Shown one piece after another: positions 13,205-27,051 of a stretch of DNA of 64,000 nucleotides. The notes beneath the pieces are model-generated. The model was not told where the DNA came from. It did no database searches and saw only the letters and a program-made list of their open reading frames with translations. Source of the DNA: Octopus vulgaris (Eukaryota). The stretch is taken from NCBI GenBank assembly GCA_951406725.2, contig OX597827.1:8742001-8806000 (forward strand). The letters are read 5' to 3'. Both the position numbers and the translations under genes were made by a program. Positions within the stretch are counted from its first letter, which is position 1. The number at the start of each line of letters is the position of its first letter.

Positions 13205-13545
13205 GAATGTGCATCGCTCAGTGATTAGCACATCAGACTCACAATCATGAGGTAGTGAGTTCGATTCCTGGACCAGGTAGTGTTCTTAACCAAGGCACTT
13301 TATTTCCCTTTGCACCAATTCACTCAGCTGTAGAAATGAGTTGCGACGTCACTGGTACTAAGCTGTATCGGCCCCTTTGCCTTTCCCTTGAATGACATTG
13401 GTGCCATGGAGAGAGGAGGCCGGTATGCATGGGCGACTGCTGGTCTTCCATAAACAACCTTGCCTGGACTTGTGCCTTGGAGGGGAACTTTCTAGGTGCA
13501 ATCCCATGATCATCCATCACCAAATGGAGTCTTTACCCTTTACAC
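13205..13545 (+). mobile_element. tRNA-derived SINE related to family B, different body, (CCTTTA)n-like tail
   Basis: GCTCAGTGATTAG A box and GAGTTCGATTCC B box. A related degraded copy lies at ~27930-28200. Confidence 0.6.
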
Positions 13546-13841
13546 CTACATTGATCAATGGTCAGCTTGATGAGGTATGATGTAGGGCTACACCCCCAGA
13601 AACAAGATGCAATAAAAATGAGCACCTTTGTTGTCATCCAACATACTAAAAACAATAGTCCTCATCATACTACTACAATCTTTAAAGGATAATTCCATCT
13701 GGATTATATCTTTGAAAATAGATGACAGGATAGTCATGGATGGAATACCATTGATCATAATTTTATCTGGTCAGAGCTGAATTGGTGTTGAGCCACAACA
13801 ATACAAAGGATTTAAATCAATAAAAGTACCTTTATGCTATT

Positions 13842-14060
13842 GTGGAGGCATGTGGCCTAGTGGTTAGAGCAATGGACTCGTGGTCGAAGGATCACGAGTT
13901 CGAATCTCAGACTGGGGCTCCAGCAGAAGGTAATGGTGAACTTCTGCTGACTCTTTCGCCACAACTTTCTCTCACTCTTTCCTGCATCTTGCAGCTCACT
14001 TGCGACGGACTGGTATCCTGTCCAGATGGGGAACCTGTATGCCAAGGAAACAGGGAAACA
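13842..14060 (+). mobile_element. SINE-B, internally deleted
   Basis: Homologous to 3269-3530. Confidence 0.8.
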
Positions 14061-14241
14061 AGGACTAATGTAGCCATGGGTACACAATGCCTGAGAGAAG
14101 GATTAACTGGTCATGTCTATAACATCTATGATCATTAGTCTATATTTTCAGGGCTGATTGAGGGACTACTGAGTAAACCCATCATTAGTCCTACCCTTGA
14201 CACAACAAAACATTGTGAATAGGACAGCTTGGAGAGAAAGA

Positions 14242-14305
14242 GGGCTGCACTAGCAAAGGGCTACACTAGCAAAGGGCTGCACTAGCAAAGGGCTGCACTA
14301 GCAAA
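14242..14305. repeat. 16-bp minisatellite (GGGCTGCACTAGCAAA) x4
   Basis: Direct inspection. Confidence 0.9.
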
Positions 14306-15772
14306 GCACTGGTATGCATTATAAGCTACACAGATTGGAATAACATGAACTGAAGGGTTTTCTTCAAAGACACAAAGCACCACTTTAGCAGTAAACAACA
14401 TATTGAATTCAAATTTTGGCACAAGGCCAGCAATTTCAGGGGAGGAAGTAAATCAATTACATTGACCCCAGTGCTCAACTGACACTCATGTTATTGACCA
14501 CAAAAGGATGAAAGGCAAAGTAGACTTCAGTGGAATTTGAACTCAGAACATGAAGGCAGATGAAATACTACTATGCATTTTACCTGGTGTGCTAACAATG
14601 CTGCCAGCTTGCTGCCATAACAGTTAACAACATATTAACGGCCAAATCATAAGATAATTTTCCTTTCCATTTCTTAAATGTCTTTTAATATATAACGCAG
14701 TTAATATATCAAAATCTAAAATAAAGATATAAATATTCGATCCATTGAATTTCGATTCTTCTGCTAGTTCCAAGTATTGAAAGTGTCTAGCTGAGAAGAA
14801 TTCTATCACATTCCTTGGCAAAAAAAAAAATAAAAAGTAACAAAGAATAGCCACTTTACTTTGTTCAAATGTCTGTTAATGAAAAGTTCATATCTACTGC
14901 ATAACTATGCTACTAATTTGATATGTTAATTAAATCTGCACATTAAAATATTGAATGTTCCTTGTATCATTTTTGGTTAAGTAGACTTTACAAAACTACT
15001 GAAGTGCTTTATCTGCGATACTAAATCAAGAAGTGACTGTGACAGATCTTTTTCAGTATTATCGAGATAATTCAAATATTTAAAATTTCAAATCATACAG
15101 AAAGTAAAAGAAAAGAAGACTTTTATAGAAAATTCCTGAACATTTTTTATCAATATAATTTTTTATCAATATAATTTTTTATCAATTTTATGTGAAGTTA
15201 TCAATGTAACTCATACATGTTTTTTAAACAGAAACCATACTATTTGACATGAACTAATACAATCTCTAAAAGTATATTTCACTGCAGCATCATCATCATC
15301 ACCACCATCACCACCACCAGCATCAACATCATGATGATGACCACCACTACTACCAGCAGCAGCAGCAGCAGTACCACTGCCACCACCATCATCACCATCA
15401 CCACCACCATCACCACTACTACTACCTATTTCTTTATTACCCACAAGGGGCTAAACATAGAGGGGACAAACAAGGACAGATATAGGTATTAAGTCGATTA
15501 CATCGACCCCAGTGCGTAACTGGTACTTAATTTATCGTCCCCGAAAGGATAAAAGGCAAAGTCAACAGCAACAACTGTGGACCCTGAACATTACTGATTC
15601 GAGTTTTAGAACTCATAGGGTCAGTTACCATGTTTCCATGGTGTATAAGTGACCGAGATCACAAGACCACTCCTGAGCAGGATGCAAGTTCCACCATAGG
15701 GTTACTCAGTTACAGCTGAATGGAATGGAACATTGAGAAATGAAGTGGTTTGCTTAAGAACATATATATATG

Positions 15773-15819
<47 letters not shown>

Positions 15820-15829
15820 ATATATATAT

Positions 15830-16038
15830 AGTAAATCCAAACAAGAAAGCACAAAAAAAAACACAACAACGTGAGGACATGGAACAAATATAGTATTATT
15901 GGACGCTCAGGAAAGAAGGAAAGAAGGAGGGTTTAACGTTTCGAGCAGAGCTCTTCGTCGGAAACATAGGAGAAGGAAAGATCCCGAGAAATGAAGACAG
16001 AGGAAAAAAAATCGCCAATGGTACACACGAGGTCACAC
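15830..16038 (-). mobile_element. Penelope-like pLTR fragment in a (TA)n tract, carrying a minimal hammerhead motif
   Basis: Flanked by TA repeats. Minus strand 15965-15931 reads GTTT CCGACGA A GAGC-TCT-GCTC GAAA CG TT AAAC. Confidence 0.6.
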
Positions 16039-16206
16039 ATATATAAATATTTATAATCAAGGATACCAGACAGTACCAGCATTGCTAGAAATAAGAGTCA
16101 AAATGACTCAAGAATTAGTTATCACTTATACACACTACTGAATTCGAGGAAATGAGTAAATAGAAAAACCAACTTATGCACACATGTACACACAGACACA
16201 TACATG

Positions 16207-16240
<34 letters not shown>

Positions 16241-16299
16241 CACACACAAGCACGCACACATACATATGTATGTATATGTACATCTCATCTATGTGTGCC

Positions 16300-16943
16300 T
16301 GTCTTTGACTGCATTTATCACCCCTCCAACAGCTAGACCAACAAGTGCAACTTACATCCCCATAACTTACCAGTTTGGCAAAAGAGACTGATAAAATAAG
16401 TACCAAACTTAAATAAGATATAAGTAATGGATTGATTTCATTGACTAAAACCCTTCAAGGTAGTACTCCAGCATGGTCACAGTCCAATGTTTGAAACAAG
16501 TAAAAAATAAAAGGTATACTCTCTCTCTCTCTCTCTCTTTTACTCTTTTACTTTGTTTCAGTCATTTGACTGTGGCCATGCTGGAGCACCGGCTTTAGTT
16601 GAGCAAATTGACCCCAGGACTGATTCTTTGTAAGCCTAGTACTTATTCTATCGGTCTCTTTTGCTGAACTGCTAAGTTACAGGGATGTAAACACTCCAGC
16701 ATCGGTTGTCAAGTGATGTTGTGGGGACAAACACAGACATACACACACACACACACACATATCTACACATATCTATATATATATACGACGGGCTTCTTTC
16801 AGTTTCTATCAACCAAATCCACTCACAAGGCTTTGGTCGGCCTGAGGCTATAGTAGAAAACACTCGCCCAAGGTGCCAGGCAGTGGGACTGAACCCAGAA
16901 CCATGTGGTTGGTAAGCAAGTTACTTACCACACAGCCACTCCT
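16300..16943. mobile_element. Tail-to-tail SINE-A pair (old + copy 16300-16515; - copy 16536-16943)
   Basis: Both match the SINE-A 3' half, in opposite orientation. Confidence 0.8.
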
Positions 16944-17729
16944 ACCTTGCACTAATCTTGAAAACGTTGTCCTGTTCATCTCTAAATTAGGCTTCAATGA
17001 TTCTACCTATTATTTCTCGTTATAACACACAGGCAACCTATATCTGACAATTGCAGTGAATTGAAAAGTAACATTCTTGAAATTACTTCAAATGTTTTCG
17101 AGAACATACTTTTCAATTTAAGCAATGAAGAATTTCTTTAAAAACATTTAAAATCTTGAAGCTAAAATCCAGAGACTTATAACTGAATTTATTTTCTGAA
17201 TTACATTACACAGGAAATAGTAGCATTTCCTAATTAAATTGTTGTCTATCTCGAATATAAGCACTGAAAGATCTTAGTTTCATGTTACCTCTTATTACTG
17301 AGAAATAAAAAGATTATATTTCTTGATGTTCAGGAATGATTAGCCTGAAATGAACTCCACAAGCAGACTGGTGTATTTGATTGTTTCTCTTACATAGGTA
17401 ATCTAATTAGTGCTGGAATTTGTGGTGTATAACAGGTAAGGTAAGAAAGAGAGATATAAGTTTGTTTCCACTTTTGGTAAAAAGGAACTTCACTCACTAG
17501 ACAAAAAGCAGTCTATTTGAAGTATGGGGAAGAATTTCAAAAGATAAAGGGAAATGAAGTGGGCATAATTTGTTGGAGGTGTCTTGTTAACTACCAGGTA
17601 CAGTGTAACACTATTGAATCGAGTAAAAGAGATTGGCTTTCAAAACATTGTTTGTTGTATGCAGGTGAGATAACCATACCGATGGTGTAGGTGCACATTG
17701 AATGCTGTGGGGAGAAATGTTACATATAT

Positions 17730-18106
17730 ACTCTTTTACTCTTTTACTTGTTTCAGTCATTTGACTGCGGCCATGCTTGAGCACCGCCTTTAGTCGAGCA
17801 AATCGACCCCGGGACTTATTCTTTGTAAGCCCAGTACTTATCCTATTGGTCTCTTTTGCCGAACCGCTAAGTGACAGGGACGTAAACATACCAGCATCGG
17901 TGTACACACACATACATACATACATACATATATACATATATACGACAGGCTTCTTTCAGTTTCCGTCTACCAAATCCACTCACAAGGCTTTGGTCGGCCC
18001 GGGGCTATAGCAGAAGACACTTGCCCAAGATGCCAAAGCAGTGGGACTGAACCCGGAACCATGTGGTTGGTTAGCAAGCTACTTACCACACAGCCACTCC
18101 TGCGCC
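17730..18106 (-). mobile_element. SINE-A
   Basis: Homologous to 31-437 with a small internal deletion. Confidence 0.88.
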
Positions 18107-18945
18107 TATATGCTTATAAACTGTTTCTAATATAGGAACATGATCAGTTTGACTACTATTTTATTTCATTGCCTCTGCAGGGATGAAAGGCAAAGTTGAC
18201 TTTGGTAAGGCTTGAACTCAGAATGCAAAAAATAAAAATAAAAAAATAAAAAAAAGGAAGAAATGATTCAAAACATTTTTGTTGGTGTTTTAATGCTTCT
18301 TTTAGCCTTCCATTTTTATATAGGCTAATAATAAAAGATATCCATGACATAGAAAGACTGATAAAAAATGGTTTTATGATTAGCCTTTAGGTCTCATGAC
18401 CCATGCCAGCATGGAAGAACAGATGTTAAAAACATTGTCATCACCACCATCATCATCATCAACATCATCAACAACATCACCACCACCACCACCACCACCA
18501 CCACCACCACAACCACCACTATCACCATCATCAAGTAAGGTGGATAAGCAGAATCTTAAGACATGAAACAAAATGCCTTGCATTAGTTAGTTATAACTTG
18601 GGTTCATTTTTAGTATTCTTGTTTGTGAGAGCAGTCAAGTTTATTTCAGATATTCTTCTTTTAAAAATCATCTCTGGATAAAAGTTGAGAGGACGTTTGT
18701 GTTGCCTTGGCAGAGGTTTGTGCCCTCTGAGTGCTCTTGTTGTTATGATGAAATGCTTAGTGGCATTTCACCCATCGATATGCTCTGCATTCAAATTCTG
18801 CTGAGGTTGACTTTACCTTTCTTCCTTATGGGGTCGATAAAATAAGTGCCAGTTGACCGCTGGAATCAATGCAATCGACTCATCCCCACCTCCTGCAAGC
18901 TACCCTGTGGCAAAAATTTGTTGTTGTTGTAGTAGTAGTAGTAGC

Positions 18946-18988
<43 letters not shown>

Positions 18989-19003
18989 ATAATAATAATA
19001 ATA

Positions 19004-19072
<69 letters not shown>

Positions 19073-19587
19073 GAGTGAGCGAGCAGAGCATGCCATCAAA
19101 GTGACACTGGGGTAAAATATACGAAGCCCAGTATACCCATCTTGACTACCCGTCTGATAAGGGTACACCAGGCACATGCATCACAACCAGATGTGCGTGA
19201 CATGGTGATCTCATATCAAGATAAACAGCACATGACCTTGCAGGTGGAGCCCAGTTAGAATTTTCTTCAGATCAAGTAACCCATCCCGCTCAAAAGGTCC
19301 CTGAATAAGGGTTGTTTAAGGACGTTGAACGAAACACCCATGTTTCCAGAGGTGAATTATTCAAACCCCAAAGAATCCTTCTCAACACATGGCTATGATG
19401 CTCCCCCACTACTTCTGCTCGTGATCAGAGATGTACATATCGTCAGCCACTAAGGGACATGCTCAACTGGTTAAGGTCAAACAACTGACAAGCAAATCTG
19501 TGGTATTGAGCACAATATTTGCTGTAGCCCATCTTTTATACCAAGACAAAACAATGTACATGATAACACTTCAAAACAATGTACATG

Positions 19588-19589
<2 letters not shown>
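19073..19589 (-). mobile_element. Non-LTR element 3' UTR inserted in (TAA)n
   Basis: Unique-looking 0.5-kb block embedded in TAA arrays, with a duplicated AAAACAATGTACATGAT at the 5' junction. A homologous fragment in opposite orientation lies at 63543-63706. Confidence 0.6.
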
Positions 19590-19628
<39 letters not shown>

Positions 19629-19867
19629 GGTGGTGAGTTGGTGGAGTCGTTAGCATACTGAACAATAATAATTAGCAGCATTTTGTCAATCTTTACAGTC
19701 TGAGTTCAAACACCACCAAGGTTCACTTTGCCTTTCATCCTTTTGGTGTGTGTGTGTGTGTATGTATGTGGAGGGGGGTGTCGATAAATTTATGCCCTGG
19801 GGTCGATGTAATCGACTGGTTCCCTCCCTACAAAAATTTCAGGCCTTGTGCTTATAATAGAAAGGAT

Positions 19868-19877
19868 TATCATCATC

Positions 19878-19936
<59 letters not shown>

Positions 19937-20061
19937 CATCATCATCATTATTATTATTATTATTATTATCATCATCATCATTATCATTATTGTTATTATT
20001 ATTATTATTGTTATTATTATTATTGTTGTTATTATTATTATTAATATTATTATTATTATTA

Positions 20062-20095
<34 letters not shown>

Positions 20096-20184
20096 CATCA
20101 TTATCATTATTGTTATTATTATTATTATTATTGTTATTATTATTATTGTTGTTATTATTATTATTAATATTATTATTATTATTA

Positions 20185-20236
<52 letters not shown>

Positions 20237-20327
20237 CATCATTATTATTATCATCATTATCACTATTGTTATTATTATTATCATTATTATTGCTATTATT
20301 ATTATTATTATTATTATTATTATCATT
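19868..20327. repeat. (TAT/CAT)n microsatellite
   Basis: Direct inspection. Confidence 0.95.
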
Positions 20328-21077
20328 AAGCAAATAGCAGCAGGAGAAATATTATTCTGTTGTTTCAATCTTTAATCAGAGTCTTCCAGAATTTATATTT
20401 TCTATTATAATCTTGAAATTTCAGCAGCCAGTTTTATAGATTTTGGTTGGATACATAAGAATTGCAATAAACGATATCTTTTAGAGTGAATGTGTTAATA
20501 ATTTAGATATTATCATGATCTTTTATGCGAAAATACAGAAATAATTTATTAGGAGGTAGAAAAGTGTAGAAACAATCATTTGTATATTTTGTTATTTAAT
20601 TTTCAACACATGAATTCTGTGTAACTTGATAAAATGGAATTATTTCCAATATTTTCATTTTTTTTTTTTTGTCTTTATTAGATGCAACTTTGGAATTGAA
20701 TTATGTAAGTTTCTTGATGTAAACAAATTCAAATTTGCAATACTTTATATATGTATTTCTAGCACAGTAGGAACTAACTTTGGAATACCTTAAGCTTTGA
20801 AAAGCTATTAGAATTACACTACAAATAAATGTAGGCTAGTGCAGGTGCTTTTCTTCAAACTTACCATATTTAGAATAGCACAGATGTCAATTGTTGACAA
20901 CACCAACCAAAAATAGACGTCAACCATCCTTTTGTATACTTCTGTGAAATATTGTGCAGAAACCAATCCTATGCATTTGGATGTAAAAGATGTTAATATC
21001 AACCTTGTCATTTCATCACATCGCGTCTCCTCCTTCTTCACAATTTTCTCTCTCTTTCACTCACTCACTCACTCACC

Positions 21078-21115
<38 letters not shown>

Positions 21116-21235
21116 CTATCTCTCTCACTATATATATATATTTCTTTCTCTAACACTCTTTCTCTCATTTTCTCACATATGCACATAATGCATAGTAAAA
21201 GAGTAAATAAAATAAATCTTTGTTGTTTTTGCTGT

Positions 21236-21246
21236 TATTATTATCA

Positions 21247-21318
<72 letters not shown>

Positions 21319-21349
21319 ACTATTATTATTATCATTACTATTATTATTA

Positions 21350-21417
<68 letters not shown>

Positions 21418-21541
21418 GTTATTATTATTATTATTATTATTATCATCATTATTATTATTATTGTTATTATTATTGTTATTATTATTATTGTTATTATTAT
21501 TATCATCATTATTATTATTATTATTATGATTATTATTATTA

Positions 21542-21593
<52 letters not shown>

Positions 21594-21615
21594 CATTATT
21601 ATTATTATTATTATC
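21236..21615. repeat. (CGT)n(CAT)n(TAT)n compound microsatellite
   Basis: Direct inspection. Confidence 0.95.
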
Positions 21616-22579
21616 TTTTCTTTATAGTGCAGCAGTGCTGTATTGCAGTGTGTATGTATGGAAACCATTTTCTATATGAATTTGTATTAAACACTGAATT
21701 AATAAGGTTTTTGGTATTTCTGACATTTGGAAAGGTATTAACACCTTTGCAAACATTTTTATTAACCTTTATTTGCTGTGTAATACTATTATCCTATTTT
21801 ATCAGATTTGTTGATTTGGAGAAAGTAGTAGTAGTAGTAGTAGTAGCAGCAGTAGTGACAGCAGTGGGGCTTTTGGTAGTGGCGATAATTGTCATATAGG
21901 ATAGAGGTAGTAGTGGTGGTGGTGATGTTTGTATCAGCAGCTACGATAATGACAGTGGTGCTTTGTGTGTTCAAGTTTTGCGATATCTTTAGTCAATGCA
22001 TGCATGTAAGAGTGGGCTTTTCAGCTTTCGTATTTTTTTTTGTTTTTTGTTTTTACTAACATTATTATATCGATGACATTTGAAAAATTATGATAATACT
22101 CTTTTTCAGTTTTAATTTTGCTAGTTTTTTTTTTTTAGTTTTTTTAGTTTTTTTTTTTTAGTTTTTTTAGGTTTTTTTTTGTATTTTCATAAAATTTTCA
22201 CTTCTGAAATCATGAGCTGAAACAAATATAGAAAACTATGTTTGCCATTAATTAATCACAAATTCTGCCGATTAGTCACTTCTTTATTCGTTAATTATTT
22301 GTTTGTAGGATTCAGTAACTTCCTCACACTCCTATGATAGCGAATTTTTCAATGCCTCTCTTCCTATATGATAGGTAGCATACAGAAGTAGTGCTTCGCT
22401 GCACCATATAATATGATTATAAATTTTCAAACTATTAACTCCATCATTAAAACTAATGCATTTTTAATTTTTACATCTACACAACAAACATGGTTTTGCA
22501 GTTAAGAATTTCACTTTGTAACTACATCATTTCAAATTTTATCCCACTGCATTGCACCTTGGAAAGTAATTTTTACTAT

Positions 22580-22843
22580 TCCCGTGCCAGTGGCAGGTAA
22601 AAAGCACCATCCGACCGTGGCTGTTTGCCAGCCCCATCTGGCACCTGTGCCGGTGGCACATAAAAAGCACCCACTACACACACAGAGTGGTTGGTGTTAG
22701 GAAGGGCATCCAGCCGTAGAAACATTGCCAGATCAGACTTGGCCTGGTGCAGCCTTCGGACTTCCCAGACCCCAGTTGAACCATCCAACCCATGCTAGCA
22801 TGGAAAGCGGACGCTAAATGATGATGATGATGAGGATGATGAT
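22580..22843 (+). mobile_element. RTE-like LINE 3' end
   Basis: Reverse complement of the 3935 family; (GAT)n tail. Confidence 0.75.
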
Positions 22844-23370
22844 TAGCCTCAGTTTCATCAATGCATTACACATGAAATTTGGAAGAGAGAATAACACAAA
22901 AGCCTGTTGTGTTTTGTATGTGTAACTCTGAAGTGACCTTCATAAGGGCCAAAAGTCATTTAAGACTAAATTGCTTTTTCAATCTATTGTTAAATAGCTA
23001 AATTTTATATGTTTATATATCTATCACATATATCATGTATGTGTTTATATATATTATATCATACCTAGGTTCTAAGTCGACTGGCCACTGATACTAAATA
23101 CAATATTTAACTCTTATTAGCACCAGTTCTCTGATGCTAAAATTTGATGTGTATATAAACACATTAGCTGCTTGCTTCCCTGGTATTGGTCAGGTAATGT
23201 CAACACCTCTGATGAAACCTCAGATGAAAAGTTTGATTTGCTAATGCTCCAAGTTTGACAGTCATTAACTCTAAGGGTTTATCCTGAAAACTCTTTGTTT
23301 TACAACATTGAAGAGTTACATCATCACTTCTCAAAATGCAATTTATGGTGTCTGATTATATTGTGAACCC

Positions 23371-24047
23371 ATGGATAAATCAAAAATTCGTGTTGCTTAT
23401 GAATATGAGTTCCATTGTGGAACCGATGCATCCTCAGACAGCTTGAAACATCAATGACGTATTTGGTGAAGATGTGGTAAAGGAGCTCACTGTACATCGT
23501 TGGTTTGAGAAGTTCCCGTCTGGTGACTTTACTGTTGAAAATCAGCCCCGTGGTAGACCTGAGACCAAGGTAGATAATGATGAGATGAAAACTGTTGAGA
23601 AGTGGATATATCTCAAACTATGCACGAGTTAGAGGCCAGGTTGAATGTTTTGATTCCAACTGTATTGGACCATCTGAAACAAATCAGCAAGGTAAGGAAT
23701 CTGGACAAGTGGGTGCCACAAGAACTGAATGAGCATCAACTGACACGTCATCTTGAAACTTGCTGTTCTTTTCAGTCACAGCATAAAAGTGAACCATTTT
23801 TGCATCATATTGTTACGTTTAATGAAAAATGGCTCTTTTCAACAATAGCAAGGATTCTGCATGGTGGTTGAATAGAGACAAAGTGCCAAAACACAATCCA
23901 AAAAAGAATATTCACCAAAAAAAGCTAATGGTGTCTGTTTGGTGGTCCAGCGCTGGTGTCATCCCCAATAGCTTCATGAAACCTGGTAAATCAATTACAG
24001 TGGATGTATACATCAACCAGTTGGATGAAATGATGAGTGAACTCGCT
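23371..24047 (+). pseudogene. Mariner transposase pseudogene (cecropia/Hsmar1-like), 3'-truncated
   Basis: Frameshifted MDKSKIR..EYEF..INDVFGE..TVHRWFEKF.SGDF..ENQPRGRP..KWVPQEL..FLHHIVTFNEKW..HQKKLMVSVWWSSAG. The element probably starts near 23184. Confidence 0.88.
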
Positions 24048-24304
24048 GCAACTTTGTGCTGGCTTCTGAGCAGGTATTGCCACGACAACTTTCTCTTTCA
24101 TGGTCAATGTGATCACATACTACACACCTTCATTCTAAGCACTGCTTCAAACAGCAGAAGTGAGTTAAAACGTTAACACTTAGTGTACATGCACAGCAAA
24201 GTTCAAGGTTCAAAGTTCAAGTTCAAGGTTCAAGGTCAAACAGCTTTGCATTGCATGCTTTAGCTTCGTTATGGCAACAGTCCTGATACTTATTGATCAG
24301 ACCT

Positions 24305-24305
<1 letters not shown>
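24048..24305 (-). mobile_element. 5' end of a second, different mariner element
   Basis: TA-flanked TIR-like AGGTCTGATCAATAAGTATCAGGACTG, followed by a degenerate N-terminus GNTCSEASTKLQ. Confidence 0.55.
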
Positions 24306-24351
<46 letters not shown>

Positions 24352-24394
24352 CCTTAAATATATATATATATATATATGTATATATGTACTTACT

Positions 24395-24930
24395 TGGAAA
24401 TGGATGTGTGGTATTCAATCAAATAATAATATAAATTATATATATACACGCATACATATACATATATGGGTAAAGGACGTCACCAACAGTACACAACATG
24501 AAATACGAAAACAAATGAGTTCAATACACAAACAACAAGAGAAACAAATGGAAAACAGGACAAGTAACAAAAAGAACGCCCCTTCATCAGTAACTGGCTG
24601 TCTATCTACTCCTCATTTCAAGCATTGAATGACAATATGCGTCTTCAAAGACAGTTGCTCCCATAAGTACCAAAATAAAATTTGGGATTTATGGAGGGTC
24701 CAAGTTGGGAACAAAAACAGGATAGTGGAGCCTTACAAGGCAACTGTATCAAAACAAACATGAAGGGTCATTAGACGAGAATTAGGGTAAAATAGCGAAA
24801 ACTGGAGAAATATTTTCTTTGACAAGAGAAAAGATAGAAGAGAGACATAGAATACGTCCAGTCCTAAAAGAAACGAAAGATGATCACATGAGGAAACGAA
24901 AGATGGACGATGGTCACGTATGAGCAATGA
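24395..24930. mobile_element. Unclassified interspersed repeat between TA and GA microsatellites (possibly Penelope-like)
   Basis: Purine-rich block with abrupt microsatellite boundaries and a degenerate TGAAGA...GAAA fold on the minus strand. Confidence 0.35.
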
Positions 24931-25032
24931 GAGAGAGAAAGGGAGAAAGAGACAAAAAAAGGTAAAGGCAAAAGGGAATTAGGGAAAAGGATGGGGGAGA
25001 AAACAGTATAGAGTAGAGTCACATCAAAAAGA

Positions 25033-25073
<41 letters not shown>

Positions 25074-25420
25074 AGATGTGTAATAATTTGGTAATATTTT
25101 ATCTCATTTAGGTAGACTAGAAATTTAGGTGGAAAGGGTTAATCAATTATATCAAGCCTAGTACTTGATCTGTGATTTATTTTATGAAACACAAGAAGGA
25201 TTTGAAGAAACAAAGTTGAACTCAGCAGGATTTGAACTCAGAATATAAAATGTTTAAATCTTTCTGAGGTCAATCTTGCCTTTCAATCTTCCTATAGCTT
25301 GATAAACTAAAGTGAAAATCCTGGGACCAGTGGTAGGGATTGACCACTTCCACCCAAATTTCTTCCTCTCTGCCTATGTGAGAAATTGTTGTCATTGTTG
25401 TTGTCCATTATGATGATGAT

Positions 25421-25451
<31 letters not shown>

Positions 25452-26755
25452 AGGATAATGATGATGATGATGATGTTGCTGCTGCTGTTATTGTTATTGT
25501 AATTATTTCAGTTTTCACAAATATTTCTCTCATACTAAAGATAGTCTGCATTTTGCCTTTTATACATAAAACAAAATAAATTGTCAAAGCTGTAAAATCA
25601 TTGTATTCAATGATTTTATAGAAAACTGGAATTAGAAAGTAGTAAATTTCTAAAACATTCATCACGATATCAACTCTATTTAAAGTAACAGTCTTTATTT
25701 TTTAAAATCCTTTTGTCAGAAATAGAATAGCTGTTCTACAGATAACACGTTTTAAAGACATGCACCCTAATTTCAATTGAAACCGTCATCTGAGACAAAA
25801 AGTTATCTTTAAAAGGCATGCATCTGCTTTATAAAATAGATTATTAGATTAGAACTAAAGAGAATAGGGAGGTAGTGCTGCTTTAGTATGGCATATTTAA
25901 AATTCAGAGAGCTTAAAAGAATTTTTACTCAACAACGAAGATTTAAAATTCAGTGTATTTAATAATTAGAAAGCCCGCCTTCTAATTAAGGAAAAATGGA
26001 AAACAAAAGTCATTGATTTAATGGATAAAAGAAGAATTTAAAATTGCTTCAAAATTGACAATTATTAAATGGACACAAACAAAAACAATAAAAATCACGA
26101 TTTACAATTTAAGAAAATGCATTTTCCAGAAAGGATTTTTAATAGGAATGAAAGAGGATTTTTATTATTGAAAATGGAAATGAAATTTAAAAAAGAAAAA
26201 CAAAAAGAAAAACTGAAATGCTAAAGCATTCTGAAAATTTAATTGTAAACAACTACATTACACAGAATAGAATGAACGTTTCAGACATGTAATTTCAGCA
26301 ACAGTAATAAATTTCAATTTTATACTTCTAAATTATTGATTCTTGAAACTTTGCACAAAGTTTAAGTTACGTTGAGTTGTTTCTTTTTAAAATATTTCTT
26401 AAAAAAATAAAGCTGTAATTAATATATATCTATAAAATATATATATATATATATATTAAAATTCGACAATATTTTGACTACAAGGGAAAACATATTACAG
26501 ACATTGTATTCAGTTGTTCATTTATTTAATGTTTGTTTTCCCGAGGTAGCAGGGCTTGAATGAGAATCGATTTTGAGGATGGATTTTACAGCTGGATGTT
26601 CTTTCTGTCACCCACTCTCACCTGCTACTTGCTTTACAAGTAAGGGATCTTTATATTCTACAGGATTGTAAAAGTGAAATGCAACCAGTCATAAGATCAA
26701 CATCACACTGTTTTACTGAAGCAGACAAATGATGTTACGAACATCAAGGTACATG

Positions 26756-26786
<31 letters not shown>

Positions 26787-27051
26787 GCACACAGGCTCAT
26801 TCACAGGTCATCAGTGAGACTGGGGAAATTGTAGAAAGCTTGTATCTAATGTACCATGCTGAGGGACTGAATCCAAACTGTTTGGCCACAAAGTTAACTT
26901 CTTAACCCCACAGCCATACCTTTGCTTATAAGCTATTCTTGTAATTATAGCAATACCTAAGAAAATCATATTGCTCAAAAGAACAATTCATTCACAAATT
27001 TTAATTATTTTTTTCTTCTAATGATATTGAGTAATCTATTTTATTTTAATG

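Noticed and set aside
23205-23235. CTGATGA...GAAA hammerhead
   Set aside because: No supporting stems or NUH site; it lies in a mariner 5' UTR.
23371-24176. Domesticated SETMAR-like gene
   Set aside because: Multiple frameshifts and stops, truncated catalytic domain and no SET exons.
24580-24660. Minus-strand TTGAAGA...GAAA hammerhead-like fold
   Set aside because: The core is mutated and stem III cannot form; too degenerate to call.
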